A stretch of DNA of 49,451 nt, counting the filler, from Sphacelaria rigidula (Eukaryota): the NCBI GenBank assembly GCA_964200075.2. It is 3 parts of 3 records of this genome, joined end to end, with 100 filler letters (N's around TTAATTAATTAA, not from the genome) between each part and the next. Parts side by side here need not be neighbours in the genome. Positions count along the whole stretch, not along the records: positions 33,037 to 49,451 come from CAXNAA020001368.1; 2 more parts are not named here. One strand, 5' to 3'. Positions 35,294-47,834 of this stretch are shown piece by piece; position 1 is the first letter of the stretch, and every line of letters starts with the position of its first letter. The notes under the pieces were generated by a model, which made no database searches, was not told where the DNA came from, and saw only the letters and a program-made list of their open reading frames with translations. Position numbers and translations under genes: made by a program.

Positions 35294-36825
35294 CAGGCTG
35301 GTTCACGGTGTTCACCCCAAATTGTGTCATCAGCAAATGCCTTCCGCAATACGCACCCAATAGTCGCATATATGGTTTCATACTGGCCGCAATGAAGAGA
35401 CGAAGAGGGTGACATAGCCAGATTTTCATTTCAGGCCGTAGCGGTGGCGCTATGGACGAAAATGTGTCAGCCAATCAGCGTCCTTCAAACTGTTCCGAGG
35501 TCGAAATTACGAACACCAAGCCCTATTTTCACCCAATCTCTACATGCTTCAAATTGTAGTAACCGTCATCGACACGGGAATCTAATGAGAAAATCATATT
35601 TTTGAAACCGTTACTACGGGGTTCGAAGTATACCCGAAACCGTGATGTTTCGGTGACGTCGGGTGTCGGCGTCGTCTGATTTCCACTAATGATACGCACG
35701 GAAGACCCAGAGAGCCTCGTGACGGTGTCTCCTATATTTGTTGTAGAAAAGCTCAGATCGGCCTCAAACTCGGCAGTTCCGTAGGTATTGATGCTCAAAA
35801 TGTAAAAATTGTATTCTTGACAATATATCATGTTTTCTACGTTCTTTACCGGCTTCCGGTGGTCCCCGCATGAAGACCCCCAGAAGGCGGTACAGAATGC
35901 CCTAAAAGAGAAATAATGAAATGATGCGTCCCAGGAGAGTCTAAGGAACACATATACAAAGTTTGGTGGAGAAACTCGAAAACCTCATACATTTTTCCTT
36001 GCCTTGACGTCAAATTCACCCCAGAAGACGTTTCCATACGAAAACCAAGTAGTCAGGAGTTGCACGTTTCAAGCGCACGTCCTCCACAAACGCGCAAACG
36101 TTCACGCTGTCATTAGGAGTTAGATTCTGAAATTTTGCATAAATATGCTATGTTATCACTACGCAACTTTCTACGGACGATGGTATTTGTACTTGTTGAG
36201 CTTTTCACCGTTTATCGGGGGTCCGACGGGATCGAAGTCGTTTTTCGAAGTAGTCTCCATTCTGGTACCCCAGAAAAACGGAACTACGGTATATATATAT
36301 ATCGTTTTTTCGCGAACTATCTGCCTCCGCATAACCCAAGGATGGGCTCCACAAATTTTCGTCGCAAAACTCGATCAATTGATGCTTGAATTTCCATGTT
36401 CACGTCAAAGAAGCCCAAGAACGCCGATTTGGTATTAGAATCAAGTAGGTTGCGATTTTACTGCGGCACGGCAAAGTTCATCGCACGAACGCGAAAAACG
36501 TCACGCCGTTTGAAGGAGTTAGACCCTGAAATTCTGTACCACTGTGCTTTGGGTCATTACGCAACTTTGAATGATGGGGGTTTCTCGATTTTTTCTGTTG
36601 TCACCTTTTTACGGGGGTCCGATTGGGTCGAGGTTTCCCCCCAAAACTGAGACCCCCCCAAAAACGGTGAAAAAGTAAAAAAGTTAACAAAAAATAAAAA
36701 CCAACCTTCGAAAGTTGTGTAATTACCCATCAAGCATTCGTGCAAAATTTCAGGGTCTACCTCCTTGAAACGGCGTGAGGTACTGCCGAAGAGTGTTTTT
36801 TGGGTGATCAACGTGAACCAGCCTG
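35294..36825. mobile_element. Non-autonomous Tc1/mariner-like element (~1.5 kb)
   Basis: TA|CAGGCTGGTTCACG ... CGTGAACCAGCCTG|TA: perfect 14-bp TIRs with a TA target duplication. No transposase ORF. Confidence 0.88.
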
Positions 36826-39815
36826 TAATATGACACTTTCCTCTAGTCCCTCTACAGTATGCAACGCTTTTTATAACGCAATTTTGAGTTTAGTATGGGC
36901 TCCGTCACATTTGTGTTTACCGGCCTTCTGCAGCCCGCAGCCGCAGTACAGGACCATGGCGGATAGATAATATCCAGGACAACAACGAACTCACAAGGGG
37001 TGCTTTGTCTTTGTACATACGAGTTGGTGTGCCCAACGTTCGCTATGAGCATCGTCGTGCCTGCGGTGTGGTTGCGGTGGCCGGGGTTGGCGTTGCAGTC
37101 TCCATTTGCGCTTAGCTTGTTCTTCCTGTATCTTGCACGGCTTTTGATACGGGGCATGAGAAAGGACGGTGCTTTTTCGTCGTTGCTCGTTGTTTCATGC
37201 TTCCCGGACGGTAAAACCCCGAGAAAAGGACTATATCGGCATCAGCGCTGCTGGCTCCCTGTTGTTGGCCATCGTGATTTTGTTCTGGATGACTCGTGTT
37301 GAAGGTTGCCGTACAGACAGTGCTCACGCGATGCCCACCGCCTGGCCAAGGTTGGCGAAGTTGCTGTCAAGATAGAGTCGGTATCGCGACAGAAATTGTT
37401 CAGGGGTGCAATGGCGAAGACGACCAAACACACACAACCATACGCACACACATACACACACGCAACCACATACCGGTAAGAACAGAGTCCGGAGTAGAGT
37501 CCCGAGTTTCGTCACATTGTTGTAATGTGCAACCGTTGGAATGGTGTGCGCACCACTTCAAGGCATGCCCCGCCGTTTACAGGCAGTCACGCTAGCCTCC
37601 CGAAACCTTGAGAGGTAGCCACGGTCCACCGCAGTATGTACCTGTGATTTTTTCGTGGCTTCGATGTGATGTTGGGGCTAGCAACCAGAAATATGCATGA
37701 CAGTTCATTGCTTCGTTTTTTCATCAAACCAAACCGTCGGTTTCACTGATGCGGTCGTCCGAGAACAGGAAACGTCGCGCCGTTTTTTCATTTTTTTTCT
37801 GTTCCCTCCTTGTCTTCATCTACCCTGCTTTGTCGGGGGGGGGGGGGGGGGTTGTCCCCCTTCTTTTCTTTTTCTATCCTTCTTTTTTCTTTTTTCCCTT
37901 TTTTTTTTTTCGTTTTTTTTTGTNNNNNNNNNNACAAGGCGCGGCGTTCTGTTTTTTTTTTTTTTTTTTTCCCCCCCCCCCTCTTCCCCCCTTCTCTGGT
38001 GGGGGGGGGGGGGGGGGGGGGGGGTTGTCCCCCTTCTTGTCGTCATCTACCCTGCTTTGTCCGTTTTACCCTCTGTTTTCTTCAGTTTACTTCAATGAGT
38101 GTTTTCCCGTTTTGTTTTCATGTTGGGTAGGTGTTTCATGTGACCACGGGTAGATCTTTGGGGAATCACTCAAGGTACGACGAAAAATCAATCAATTGAT
38201 CAATCCATTCCAACGGCCGATTGGAAAAAAAACGTGCGCGCGATCAATCACCCAGCTGATGAAGAGCCACGCATGCTATGAGCTATCGAGCTGTTGTGTC
38301 GCGCACCGTGCAGAGTACCTCGCGATGTAACGTGCAAACGGCTTACAGGTGAGGGATGATATTCGCCGTGTTTCGTAACGTCCACCTCTGTTTCTTGCTT
38401 GGCTTTTGTGATATTTGTCTGGTCTCAACACGAGTGACAAGAGGCAGAATCAGCCACTAGGGGCTTTATGAACAGGACCTTTTTTCATACGAAATCTACG
38501 ACTTTTTCGGTGGAAAAAAAAAAAAAAACTTGCTCTCCGAAAAATGGGACAACAGCTTCCTTCTCCAGGTCAGGCAAACAAATACATTCAAGACCTAGTA
38601 CAGATTACTCCGAGAATCTAGCGTCGGGTTTTGTTTCTTCGATAAGTCGGAGAAAGAGTCCAAATTTTCGGAGCAAGTCTGAAATGTCTGAAGAAAGTTT
38701 CGCTTATATGTCCCCTTTATAATAGGCCGCACTTTATCACTACCCATCGCCATTTTTTCAAAATCAAGACGGACAGCCCCCCAAGCCGTGGTTTATTGGG
38801 ACCTTGCGTTCATGAAGCGTACAAAGTTATATATTCCATGGTGTCGCCAATGCGAAAAAGTCATTCGGACACTTGTGGGGACTTTACCCCTCTACGCCGC
38901 GGTATTATCTACACATTGCTTCCACCTCACAGGGCAGTGCATTGCGGGACCCCTACGAATGGATGGTTGTATGACAGTGCACATTGTACAAGATGCATTT
39001 CGGCACCACACTTCTCAGTAGGGTATAGTATCGTGTATATGATGCGGTACAGCGCGGTACAATACGGTACGGCATCTGCATAATGTAGAGCAGTACCGTG
39101 TACCGCTCCAGTATGTTACTTCGGGTGTGGAATGAAGGCATGGTATCGTCGGGAACCGTCGTGTCACGCATTTCACATTATCTACAGTAGTGTACCACCC
39201 CCCGAAGTCCGAATGGCCACCTGCGGCACCGGATCTTCTGAGGGCAGCCATATGTATTTTCTTTCTTCGTTATTATTTATCCCTGTTCTGCTTTTATCGC
39301 GTTTTGTGAGTTTCATTCTGGGACAACGGAAGGCGTCCGCATCAGACGCCCGGTACGAACGTACCGCGCAGATATCGGAACAGTTTTTAATGTGAAGGCA
39401 ACAACAACAGTGTATGTTTATAAAATATATGTACGTACATACACATGGAACTTGCCTCGAGGAATGCGTTGTGAAGTCAGACGTCAATTTTTTTTGGTCG
39501 GATTTCTCCGTGTATTGTGCATGAATGTTATGTATGAAGACGAAAGGTTCAGATGTACCTGAATAGACTGGCTGCGGAACTGGTGATCGTCATCCTCTAA
39601 TGCTCAATAGTGAAGTACGAGGCAGGTACACCGGGGGAGAAATGGCTTGATCACTTTGGTATCACGGACTCACCCCAAGGTATGTGAAAGTATGGTGAAA
39701 ATCCATTTCATGAATGTGCCATGATTGATTTCGTTCTCGCCTCTTACATTAATGTGTCCCGCCCCTCTCCCATTATTTGTTCACATGATACATGTCTCAT
39801 AACAATTGTCTGAAG

Positions 39816-39929
39816 GAAAATGACGCGGAGGAAGACTCTGACGGTATAAGCCAAGATTTGGATGAGGACGGAGATTTGGAGCTGCGATTGGCGCGCTTGG
39901 AGCACCTGCTTGAACGCCGCCCTATTCTG
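39816..39929 (+). CDS. SYF1: SYF1/XAB2 pre-mRNA splicing factor, internal exon
   Basis: AAG|ENDAEEDSDGISQDLDEDGDLELRLARLEHLLERRPIL|GTGAGG, matching the XAB2 segment DLELRLARFEQLISRRPLL. The acceptor position is less certain than the donor. Confidence 0.88.
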
Positions 39930-40793
39930 GTGAGGAAAAAAGCGCAGTGAGAATTGGCTTCAGTCCAAAGCCTTTTAACCTGTGACAGTGCGCGCCCCGG
40001 TGGCCTGTCTGACTGGTGCATTGTGAGTAGCAGTTACAGAGGAAGGTGATGAATTCGAATCCCGAGATATGTTTACAGCCCTGTGCGGGGGCAAAAATTG
40101 TTCTTTGTCCATGAGAAGTTAAGGGCGCGGTTAGCCATAAGAGAGACGGACGAGAGTCTCAGGGGGTGCGGGAATGCTGAGCCAATACTTTCCTTGCTTG
40201 ATACCGAAATGTAAGACAGATACGTATCGTGGGAAGATATGAAAAACTCATCTTTCGAGACTGCTGACTCGTCCCAAGCAGAGCAAGGGGAGGGGTTGAG
40301 AATATGACGAAACATACAAAAGAATGGGAGTGGGGTGGAATGGGGTGGGGTACCTTCATGACAACACACGCAAAATGTGATCTATATCTTTATCTATATC
40401 TATAAACTCGCATCCTATCGCGATGACACTCAAGACCCAAGCCCAGTAAATGTACTACAACCTTGCTTCATTCCGATTTTGTGCCCCAAGGAAAACTCTG
40501 GATGTACTCGAGTTCGAATCGTTTTTTTTTTTCACGTAATCTTGTTCGTTCGTTTCCCCGTCTCGTCATTATATACAGAAAAATGCTTGCATGTTCAGCC
40601 GGTGTCTGTCATATGCGTTTTGCACATAACTACAACATGTACCATACCGACCCCTCCCCCCTCCCTTCGCCCCACACGCACGCACTTTTGCCCCCTTTCC
40701 CTCGTGCGTCCCCCACGTGGACTGAACACGCCCTGCCGCGATTTGTTTTTTTCGGGCTCGGGGGCGGGTACGTGGGGCGGGTTGACGAACCAG

Positions 40794-40901
40794 GTGAGCT
40801 CCGTGCTGTTGCGGCAAAACCCTCACAACGTGAACGAGTGGCAGAAACGAGTGAAGCTCTTCAAGGATGACCCCACCAAGGCCATCATTTGCTACACGGA
40901 G
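40794..40901 (+). CDS. SYF1: SYF1/XAB2 internal exon
   Basis: CAG|VSSVLLRQNPHNVNEWQKRVKLFKDDPTKAIICYTE|GTGGGT, containing the diagnostic SVLLRQNPHxVxEW motif. Confidence 0.95.
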
Positions 40902-40914
40902 GTGGGTTAATTGT

Positions 40915-41048
40915 CTGGTTGGTTAGTTGGTAAGTTGGTGAGTCAGAAAGTTGGTTGTTTAGTAAATTGGTTGGGTTGATGGATGGTAAGTTGCTTGATT
41001 CGTTAGTTGCTTAATTGGTTGGTGAGTTGGCGAATAGGCTGGTTGCTT
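40915..41048. repeat. Degenerate (GGTT)n tract just after a SYF1 donor
   Basis: Repeated GGTT/AGTT tetramers. Confidence 0.75.
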
Positions 41049-42179
41049 GTTGTTTTTTCATTGTTGAGTATATGCAAAAATGAGGAAAGAGCAAAGGAAA
41101 GAAAACAAAGAGTAAAATTCAATCAAGCCTCTGACCAGTGAAGAACTGGATTATCTGGATCTTTGAACTCGTTGTTGAAGTGGAAACGATCGCCTGCTCA
41201 AGAAACGACCCACCCTGGTTGTCAAAGCGTTGAAAAATAGACTTGTTCAGTTTTTATATTTGTAGACGCATGGTTGGTTGAAGTCCAGGTATCATTCTTC
41301 GATTGATCCGACTCGCCAGTTAATTCCAATACGCTCATTATTTTCTGTACAAACAAATAAAAGCAACTGAACAAACAGGTGGCACAGGTGCAGGTATTTT
41401 GTCATTATCATTGATGACACGTATTCCAAAAGCGAAGAGTGCGTTTTTTGTGCTAACTTTGTTTTGTTCCTTCCTTTGTTTTTTCACTCCCAAATTCATT
41501 TCGAGGTAAACACGTGTAGCCAACCCAAGCGAACAGTTTTTCATCACCCATGATATCTTCTCTGCTTTTGTAATTCCCGACAGTACTCGAAACACCTCCA
41601 ACAAATAGTCATATGTAGATCATTTATACTCCGGTATATATACCGCAAATCCTTTGTTCTATGTTGCCCCTCTAACGTACTTTTTTCAACACTCGATTTT
41701 GTCATCTGACAGCACCGGCGCTACGGGATTGTTACACTGATGTACTCGATACATGGCTGCGTCTCATTAATAGCCGGGGGGAAAACTTCGATCCGAGAGG
41801 TGTCGATAGACATCTACTCTCCTTTCTCGACAGCGCAAGCTCGCACGTCGCGAGAAATTCGGTTTTGGAAAATGACACCAGGAGATTGAGACAAATTTGG
41901 GTGTCACCAAAGACCTGCATGTCCAATCTGTGGTACGGGAACGAGGTGGTGGCGGCACCACCCTCGCCTGACTGTCACTTTTATTTTATTTTTTGGGTTG
42001 TGTCATGACGAGGATCTGGCGGTGTAGATCACAAGATATCGGTGGTTGCGCCTTTGAACACCGGTCGGGGAAGCCAGCCCGGTTACACTCGGGTTTATTT
42101 TCGGTTATCCACGGTATCGTACTTGTTTATTATATTCAAATACACACTCCGGAGTATATAGTACTTGCCGGCTAAACAG

Positions 42180-42830
42180 AGTACATTTTTTTTTTTTTGC
42201 AAATGGCGATTCTCACAAGTTTTCTCGCGTCATCACATTGGACGTTCGATTCCAAAATTCGGAGATCGGGAGGTACTAGCATCCGCTCCACGTATCGTTT
42301 TTTTTGTTTCTGCGGTCAATATTGAACGACGTACGGCCTGACCGGTCCTCGGAGGTCCTGCGACTACACAGCCCCAGGTTCTGACTGTTTTAATTTTTTC
42401 TCGAATGAACTAGTCCCGATCGTTCTCATGAGAAAATACGTGAAACGTTGTTTGTTGTCGTAATTTGTACCTGATTATTGCGATAGCCGAAAAACAGTGT
42501 TTTTCACCGGTGGCGGTGAATAGTACCCTCCTGATAAATGAGGTCTTTGGTATCAGTCCGGCAACACCAACTTGGGGATTGTGTCCTAGCGACCTGTTTT
42601 TTTTCTCAATATCTACCAACTCTAGCACTGTCGAGCGCTAATGAAGGAGAGTATGCGAGAAAATTAAGAAAAATACCGAACTACGGAAATTGCTCAGCTG
42701 AGTTTTGTATAGTACAAGGGGGGTGATGCAATCCCGATAGTTCTCGTGACTAGTTTACTGACCCATTCATTTTTTTCTCAACTTTTTCTCAATTTTTCTT
42801 CTTTGCACCCGAAAGTGCTAGCGTCGATGG
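42180..42830. mobile_element. CAGCTGAAAT-family element, inverted partial copy
   Basis: Reverse complement of 27150-27700 (CTGACCGG..TCGG.GGTC.TGCG, CAGCCCCAG, CAACACCAA.TTG.GGATTG). Confidence 0.65.
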
Positions 42831-42994
42831 AGATCGAGCCGTGGTTCTCAAAAATACGCTTGTTGTTAATTTTTGGAAATCACTGACAACGAAAAAGTTC
42901 GAAATTTTGCCCCGCCCAGCTTGTATCGGTTCCGCACATCGATAAAATCGGTCACGATACCTAGCTCTTGGTTTTGTCGATATTAAAAGCGTTA

Positions 42995-44419
42995 CAACCT
43001 GGTTCACGCTCATCATTAAAAAACACACTCATCGGCAAAATTTCACGCCGTTTTAAGGAGCTAGACCCCGAAATTGTGCACAAACATGCTATGGAACACT
43101 ACGCAACTTTTGAAGGTTGGTTGTTTATTCACATTCTGGCTTTTTCACCGCTTTTCGGAGGTCCCAGTGGTTTCGGGGAAACTTTGATCCAGTCGAACCC
43201 CCATAAAACCTTACAAAAAGAGAGAACAAAAAACTGCGTTGATCCAAAGTTGCGTAATGAAATTTCAGGATTTTATTCCTAACAGCGGCGTGAAGTTTCA
43301 TGTTTGTGCGATGAACTTTTCCGTGCCACGGTGAAAGCGCAAGCTACTCGATTTTAGTATCAAAGTGGCGTTTTTGGGCCTTCTTTGTCGTGAGCATGAG
43401 AATTGACGCATCAGTTGATCGAGTTTGTCCGCGAAACTCTGTGGGGCCTCCCTTGGGTTATGCGGCGACAGCTCACTTGCGACGAAAATGATAATAATGT
43501 CGCAGTGCTGGTTCTCCGGGGTCCCGGAATTGAAACTACCTCGATAACACCGACTTGGATCCCGTCGGACCCCCGTAAAACGGCGAAAAAGTTGAAAGTT
43601 GGAAAAAAAAAACTCGTCATCGAAACTAGCGTAATCATCCATATCATATTTGTGCAAAGTTTCAAGGCTTGACTCCTAATAACTGCGTGAAGGTGTGCGC
43701 GTTTGTGCGAGGACGTGAGCCTGAAACGTGCAACTCCCAACGACTGTATCAGGTTTTCATATATTTTTTTCCCAACCAAACCCTGTACATGTGTTCCTTT
43801 GGCTATTCCGGGACGCATCATACGATTATTCCCGGGTCTTTACACTGGGAACGCCGGAAGCCGGTAGAGAACGGAGAAACTTTGAAATCTTGTCAAGAAT
43901 CCAATTAATCCATTTAGAGCATAAATACCTACGGAAGTGCCAAGTTTGGGGGTGATACGAGCTTTTCTACAATCGATGTAAGAGAAACCGTCAGGAGGCA
44001 CCCTGGGTTTTTCGTGTGTATCATCAGAGAAAATTATACGACACCGAAACTCCACATCACCAAAACATCACGGTTTCGGTTATAATTCGACCCCGTCGTA
44101 ACCGTTATCAAATACGTTTTCCCCGTTAGATTCCCGAGCTGATGGCGGTTACTCTGATTTGAAGCATGTGGAGATTCGGTGAAAATTGAGCTTGACATTC
44201 GTGTTGTCGATTTCAGATCAGCTTGAAGAGCGCTGATTGGCCGAAGTACATTTTCGCCCATATCGCTACCCGTATGGCTCCATACACAAATCCGGCCCTG
44301 TGGCGCTCTTGTGCTGTTCATAGTGGTCAGTCTGATGTCATCTTTGCGACTATTGGGTAGGTACTGCGAAAGGCATTTGCTGGTGACACCATTTTGTGTG
44401 ATAAGCGTGAACCAGCCTG
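42995..44419. mobile_element. Second copy of the same Tc1/mariner-like element, inverted, in SYF1 intron
   Basis: TA|CAACCTGGTTCACGCT ... AGCGTGAACCAGCCTG|TA. The interior is the reverse complement of 35294-36825. Confidence 0.86.
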
Positions 44420-44479
44420 TAACGAATACAGAATATATTCGTACATGGTACACGAGACTCCTCCAAGGGCAGGTCGGGT

Positions 44480-46060
44480 AGGTTGTTGTACCCAACATTC
44501 GGTATTTTCGGAAAGTCATACTCTTAGTGGCCAGAATTTTGGGGGAGCATTTGAGATCGTACCCAATCTACCCAAAAATTGTGTAGAGTATTTGAGGTCA
44601 TACTCAATTTACCAGATTTTGTGTAGGGTATTGAGATCATACCCAAGCGGTACTCTTCACTCGAGTATTATTGAGAGTACCTACCAAAAATTGGGTCGAG
44701 TATTTGAGGTCATTTTCAATCTACCCAGAATTTGGGTAGAGTATTGAGGCCATACCCAAGTGAGATACTCTACACTCGAGTATTATTGAGAGTACTTACC
44801 CAATATTGGGTCGAGTATTTGAGGTCGTACTCAATCTGCCCAGAATTCGGGTAGAGTACTAGGGGTCATATACAATCTACCCAACGTTTGGGCAGAGTAT
44901 TTGAGATCAGACCCAAGATACCCAAACTGGGGTGGAGGACAACACGGACCACCGGGGCCTGTTTTGGGGTCGGGTCTATCACTCCCGACCTCTTCGCGCC
45001 TGTTTATGTTATTTCCCCTCGCGACTGTTGCAATGTTCCCACATCTTCCACCGTTTGCACCGCTGGGTCTCCCATGGAGGAGTCAGATGTGCGGCCCGTA
45101 GATTCGCTCATTTTCACATACCTACCCGACTACCCGTCTACTGGACTACCCAGTGACAATGAGTAGCGCTTTGTCCTAAAACTGATATCGAAGAGGATGC
45201 GAAGTATAAAGTATAGGTATGGGTATGTACTGCCGGGGGTGGGGCAGGTAGGTTCATGCACCTGTAAGTTTTTCTGGTTTCTTTGTGGCCACCTTGAGCT
45301 CTCTCATTGTAGCTTGTGACGTGACGTCACTCATCTCATTGATGGCCACCGTTTGCCCATATATTCGACATAGACTGTGAAGTGACGTGACGAAGTCGCC
45401 AACGGTCACGGTTTCTCATCATGCCCAAGTGATACTCTACACCTGAGTATTACGAACATGACTTACCCAATATTGGGTAGAGTATTAGAGGTCATACCAA
45501 CTGTCGCTCCGGTGGCTCAGTTGATGACCTCGACACCTTCTGACGGCTATGACGTGGGTTCAGTTCTCCGAGCGGTCTGGGATTTTTTCTCACACCATGC
45601 CCAACAGTGGAGAGCGACTATGTCGTGGGTACAAAAAAATCGACTTAACCGTCGACGAGGGAAAGGGACTGCTGAACCCCTCTCACGAAATAAAAGAAAG
45701 GCAAGCACCGCAGAAGGAAGGTGGAGTATATATATATATAAAAAAAAATTCCCGTGTTGACCTTCCTCCTGTGTGACACCGGCTGATGCGCCCACATATA
45801 CCGAATGGTGTAGACCGGTGTCCAGAATAGATGATACAACACACACACACACATACACAATGTGCCAAATTTTTGGGTGGAGTATTGAGGTCATACCCAT
45901 GTGATACTCTATACTCAAGTATTACTGAGAGTACTTACCCAATACGGGGTAGAGTATCTGAGGCCGTACCCAGTCTACCCAAAATTTGGGTAGAATATTT
46001 GGGGCCGTGCCCAATCTACCAAAAAAATGGGTACAGGTGAATACTCGGGTATTTTACTTG
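44480..46060. repeat. Degenerate tandem array of TACCCAA/TTGGGTA-containing units, interrupted by two insertions
   Basis: Recurrent TTGGGTAGAGTATT(T)GAGGTCATACCCAA and GATACTCTACACTCGAGTATTATTGAGAGTACTTACCCAA at 44540-44930, 45420-45500 and 45865-46040. Confidence 0.8.
45503..45860 (+). mobile_element. tRNA-derived SINE, family A, copy in SYF1 intron
   Basis: GTCGCTCCGGTGGCTCAGTTG head, same body and (CA)n tail. It interrupts the TACCCAA repeat array. Confidence 0.82.
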
Positions 46061-47694
46061 AACATACTCTATCCGATCCGCCCATGAACTCCTCCACGTT
46101 CACCTGCCATATTTTCGCCGATTCCGATATATACCCTGCGATTTGTGCATATATCTGCCCATGATGACGATTGACATGATTCCTTGCACAGAAAACCTAC
46201 TACTGCACACAGAAACTGTTTCCATAACGGACAGGCCGCTCTAGCTTTGACAACACAGGTAGCCTCTGGATAAACATTTTCGCCTCATGTATGCGCATTA
46301 TTCAGCCGATAGAATGAGAACTCAGTAGGAGTTAGCTTGCCACACTGTACGAGTGGAGCCAGCTTGAACTTCGGCTCACCTCCCACAGATAGGGGTAACT
46401 CCAAGTGAAATCAAATATTTTTGCGCGAAGCGCCATTGTGACCCATCGTTTGAAAATCGCCACTCGGCAAAAATCGAGGACTCACCCGAAATCAGGGGAA
46501 TAACTATCGAATGGGTCCTGTATCACTGTGCTGCAGCACAACCACACTCATGCTCTGTTGCTGTCGCTGAGCTGTGGCGTCTCCAGGCCTTTGTGGAGAC
46601 GGTTTGATCTCCGCTGGGAATGCCTGAGCTGGTTTATTTTGTCATTCCATTCGTGTCAATGAAAAATAATGTCAAGTCAACACGCAGTGCTCTCTACACA
46701 CTGTTGAAACGTTCATGGTGTGTTGGCTGTTCCGTCTCGAGTCAAATGAACACGGCGCTTCCCAAACCCATCATTTCTATACTGAAGTTGTCGCTGTGCT
46801 GTTATGCATCGAAACACTCGGCGGCAATCACGGTGTGATGCGCGCTGGAGAGTGCCTAGGCAGTTGTACTGCTGCATGCTTATGTTTCGGTCTGCACAGA
46901 AATGCGGTGGGATCAAAGTGCTGTTCAAACAAAAAAAGGTTGGAACAATCGTCACGTGACGGCTGTGCAGCTGCCTGTTGCGTCGTCTCTGGTACTTCAG
47001 TTATAGTCGTGTGCTGTGATCGGGGAAGACACGCAAGGCGAATACGTGCAGGTCAGGGCAAACAAACTGAGCCAGCACGGATCTGCTGTATCCTCGTTTA
47101 CTGACGGTAGCAGCTGTCTGCCTCGCAGCGGCGCAATGTGTGGACCAATCAAAGCTGGCTTTTGACCCATCTCCCACTAAAATCTCTCATCTGATTGAAG
47201 AAAGGTCGCCGCATTTTTGTGTATTTAAAGACTCTGATTGGTCGAGAAACCTTGCCGCTCATAAATCTTGCCCCCTATTCGTGGACCGAGTTCCTAAAAC
47301 TTCAGTGTGAGTGCGTTCCTTGTTACTATGTCGTGCCACATGCGTTGAAGAAGAAAGACAACTATGAACACATATTATTATTTGTTTTATCGTACTTTTT
47401 TACTCCCATCCTCCAAATCCGTCCCCCCGTCCTCCTGCCCCTCCTCTCCGGTCCCCTTGCTCGGAAACAGGCAGTCTGCAGTATCGTGGGATGACCCCCC
47501 CGCCCCTCCGAGGGTACATATCCTTTTCGTATTTCGTGCATATAGAGCGATTGGAGCAGCACGCTCGCACCCCACGTCGACTTTGGTTTTTCATCGCATC
47601 TTACTTGTTGGTTGTCATTTGATTATTTGCAAAAATAAGGAATAAAATGTATGCATGCATGTATGTTTGTATATATGTTTGTGTTATGTTACAG

Positions 47695-47834
47695 GCAGTG
47701 AAGACGATAGATCCCCAGAAGGCCACCGGCAAGCTGCACAAGCTGTGGACGGACTTCGGCCGGTTCTACGAAGATCATGGGTCTTTGCCCAACGCCCGCG
47801 TCATCCTCGAAAAGGCCACCCTCGTCGCCTACAG
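47695..47834 (+). CDS. SYF1: SYF1/XAB2 internal exon
   Basis: TTACAG|AVKTIDPQKATGKLHKLWTDFGRFYEDHGSLPNARVILEKATLVAY AG|GTGTGC. In frame with the previous exon (YTE-AV); HAT/TPR repeat. Confidence 0.95.

Noticed and set aside
37780..38070. Apparent duplication and G/F-rich ORFs around a 10-N gap
   Set aside because: Homopolymer-rich, low-quality sequence duplicated on both sides of a gap; most likely an assembly artefact.
44480..46060. CRISPR-like array
   Set aside because: The units are degenerate and abut without unique spacers. The context is a eukaryotic intron with no cas genes.
1378..47834. ALG14-PAM16-SYF1 as a functional gene cluster or novel system
   Set aside because: The genes are on separate contigs joined by artificial linkers, and all three are unrelated housekeeping genes.
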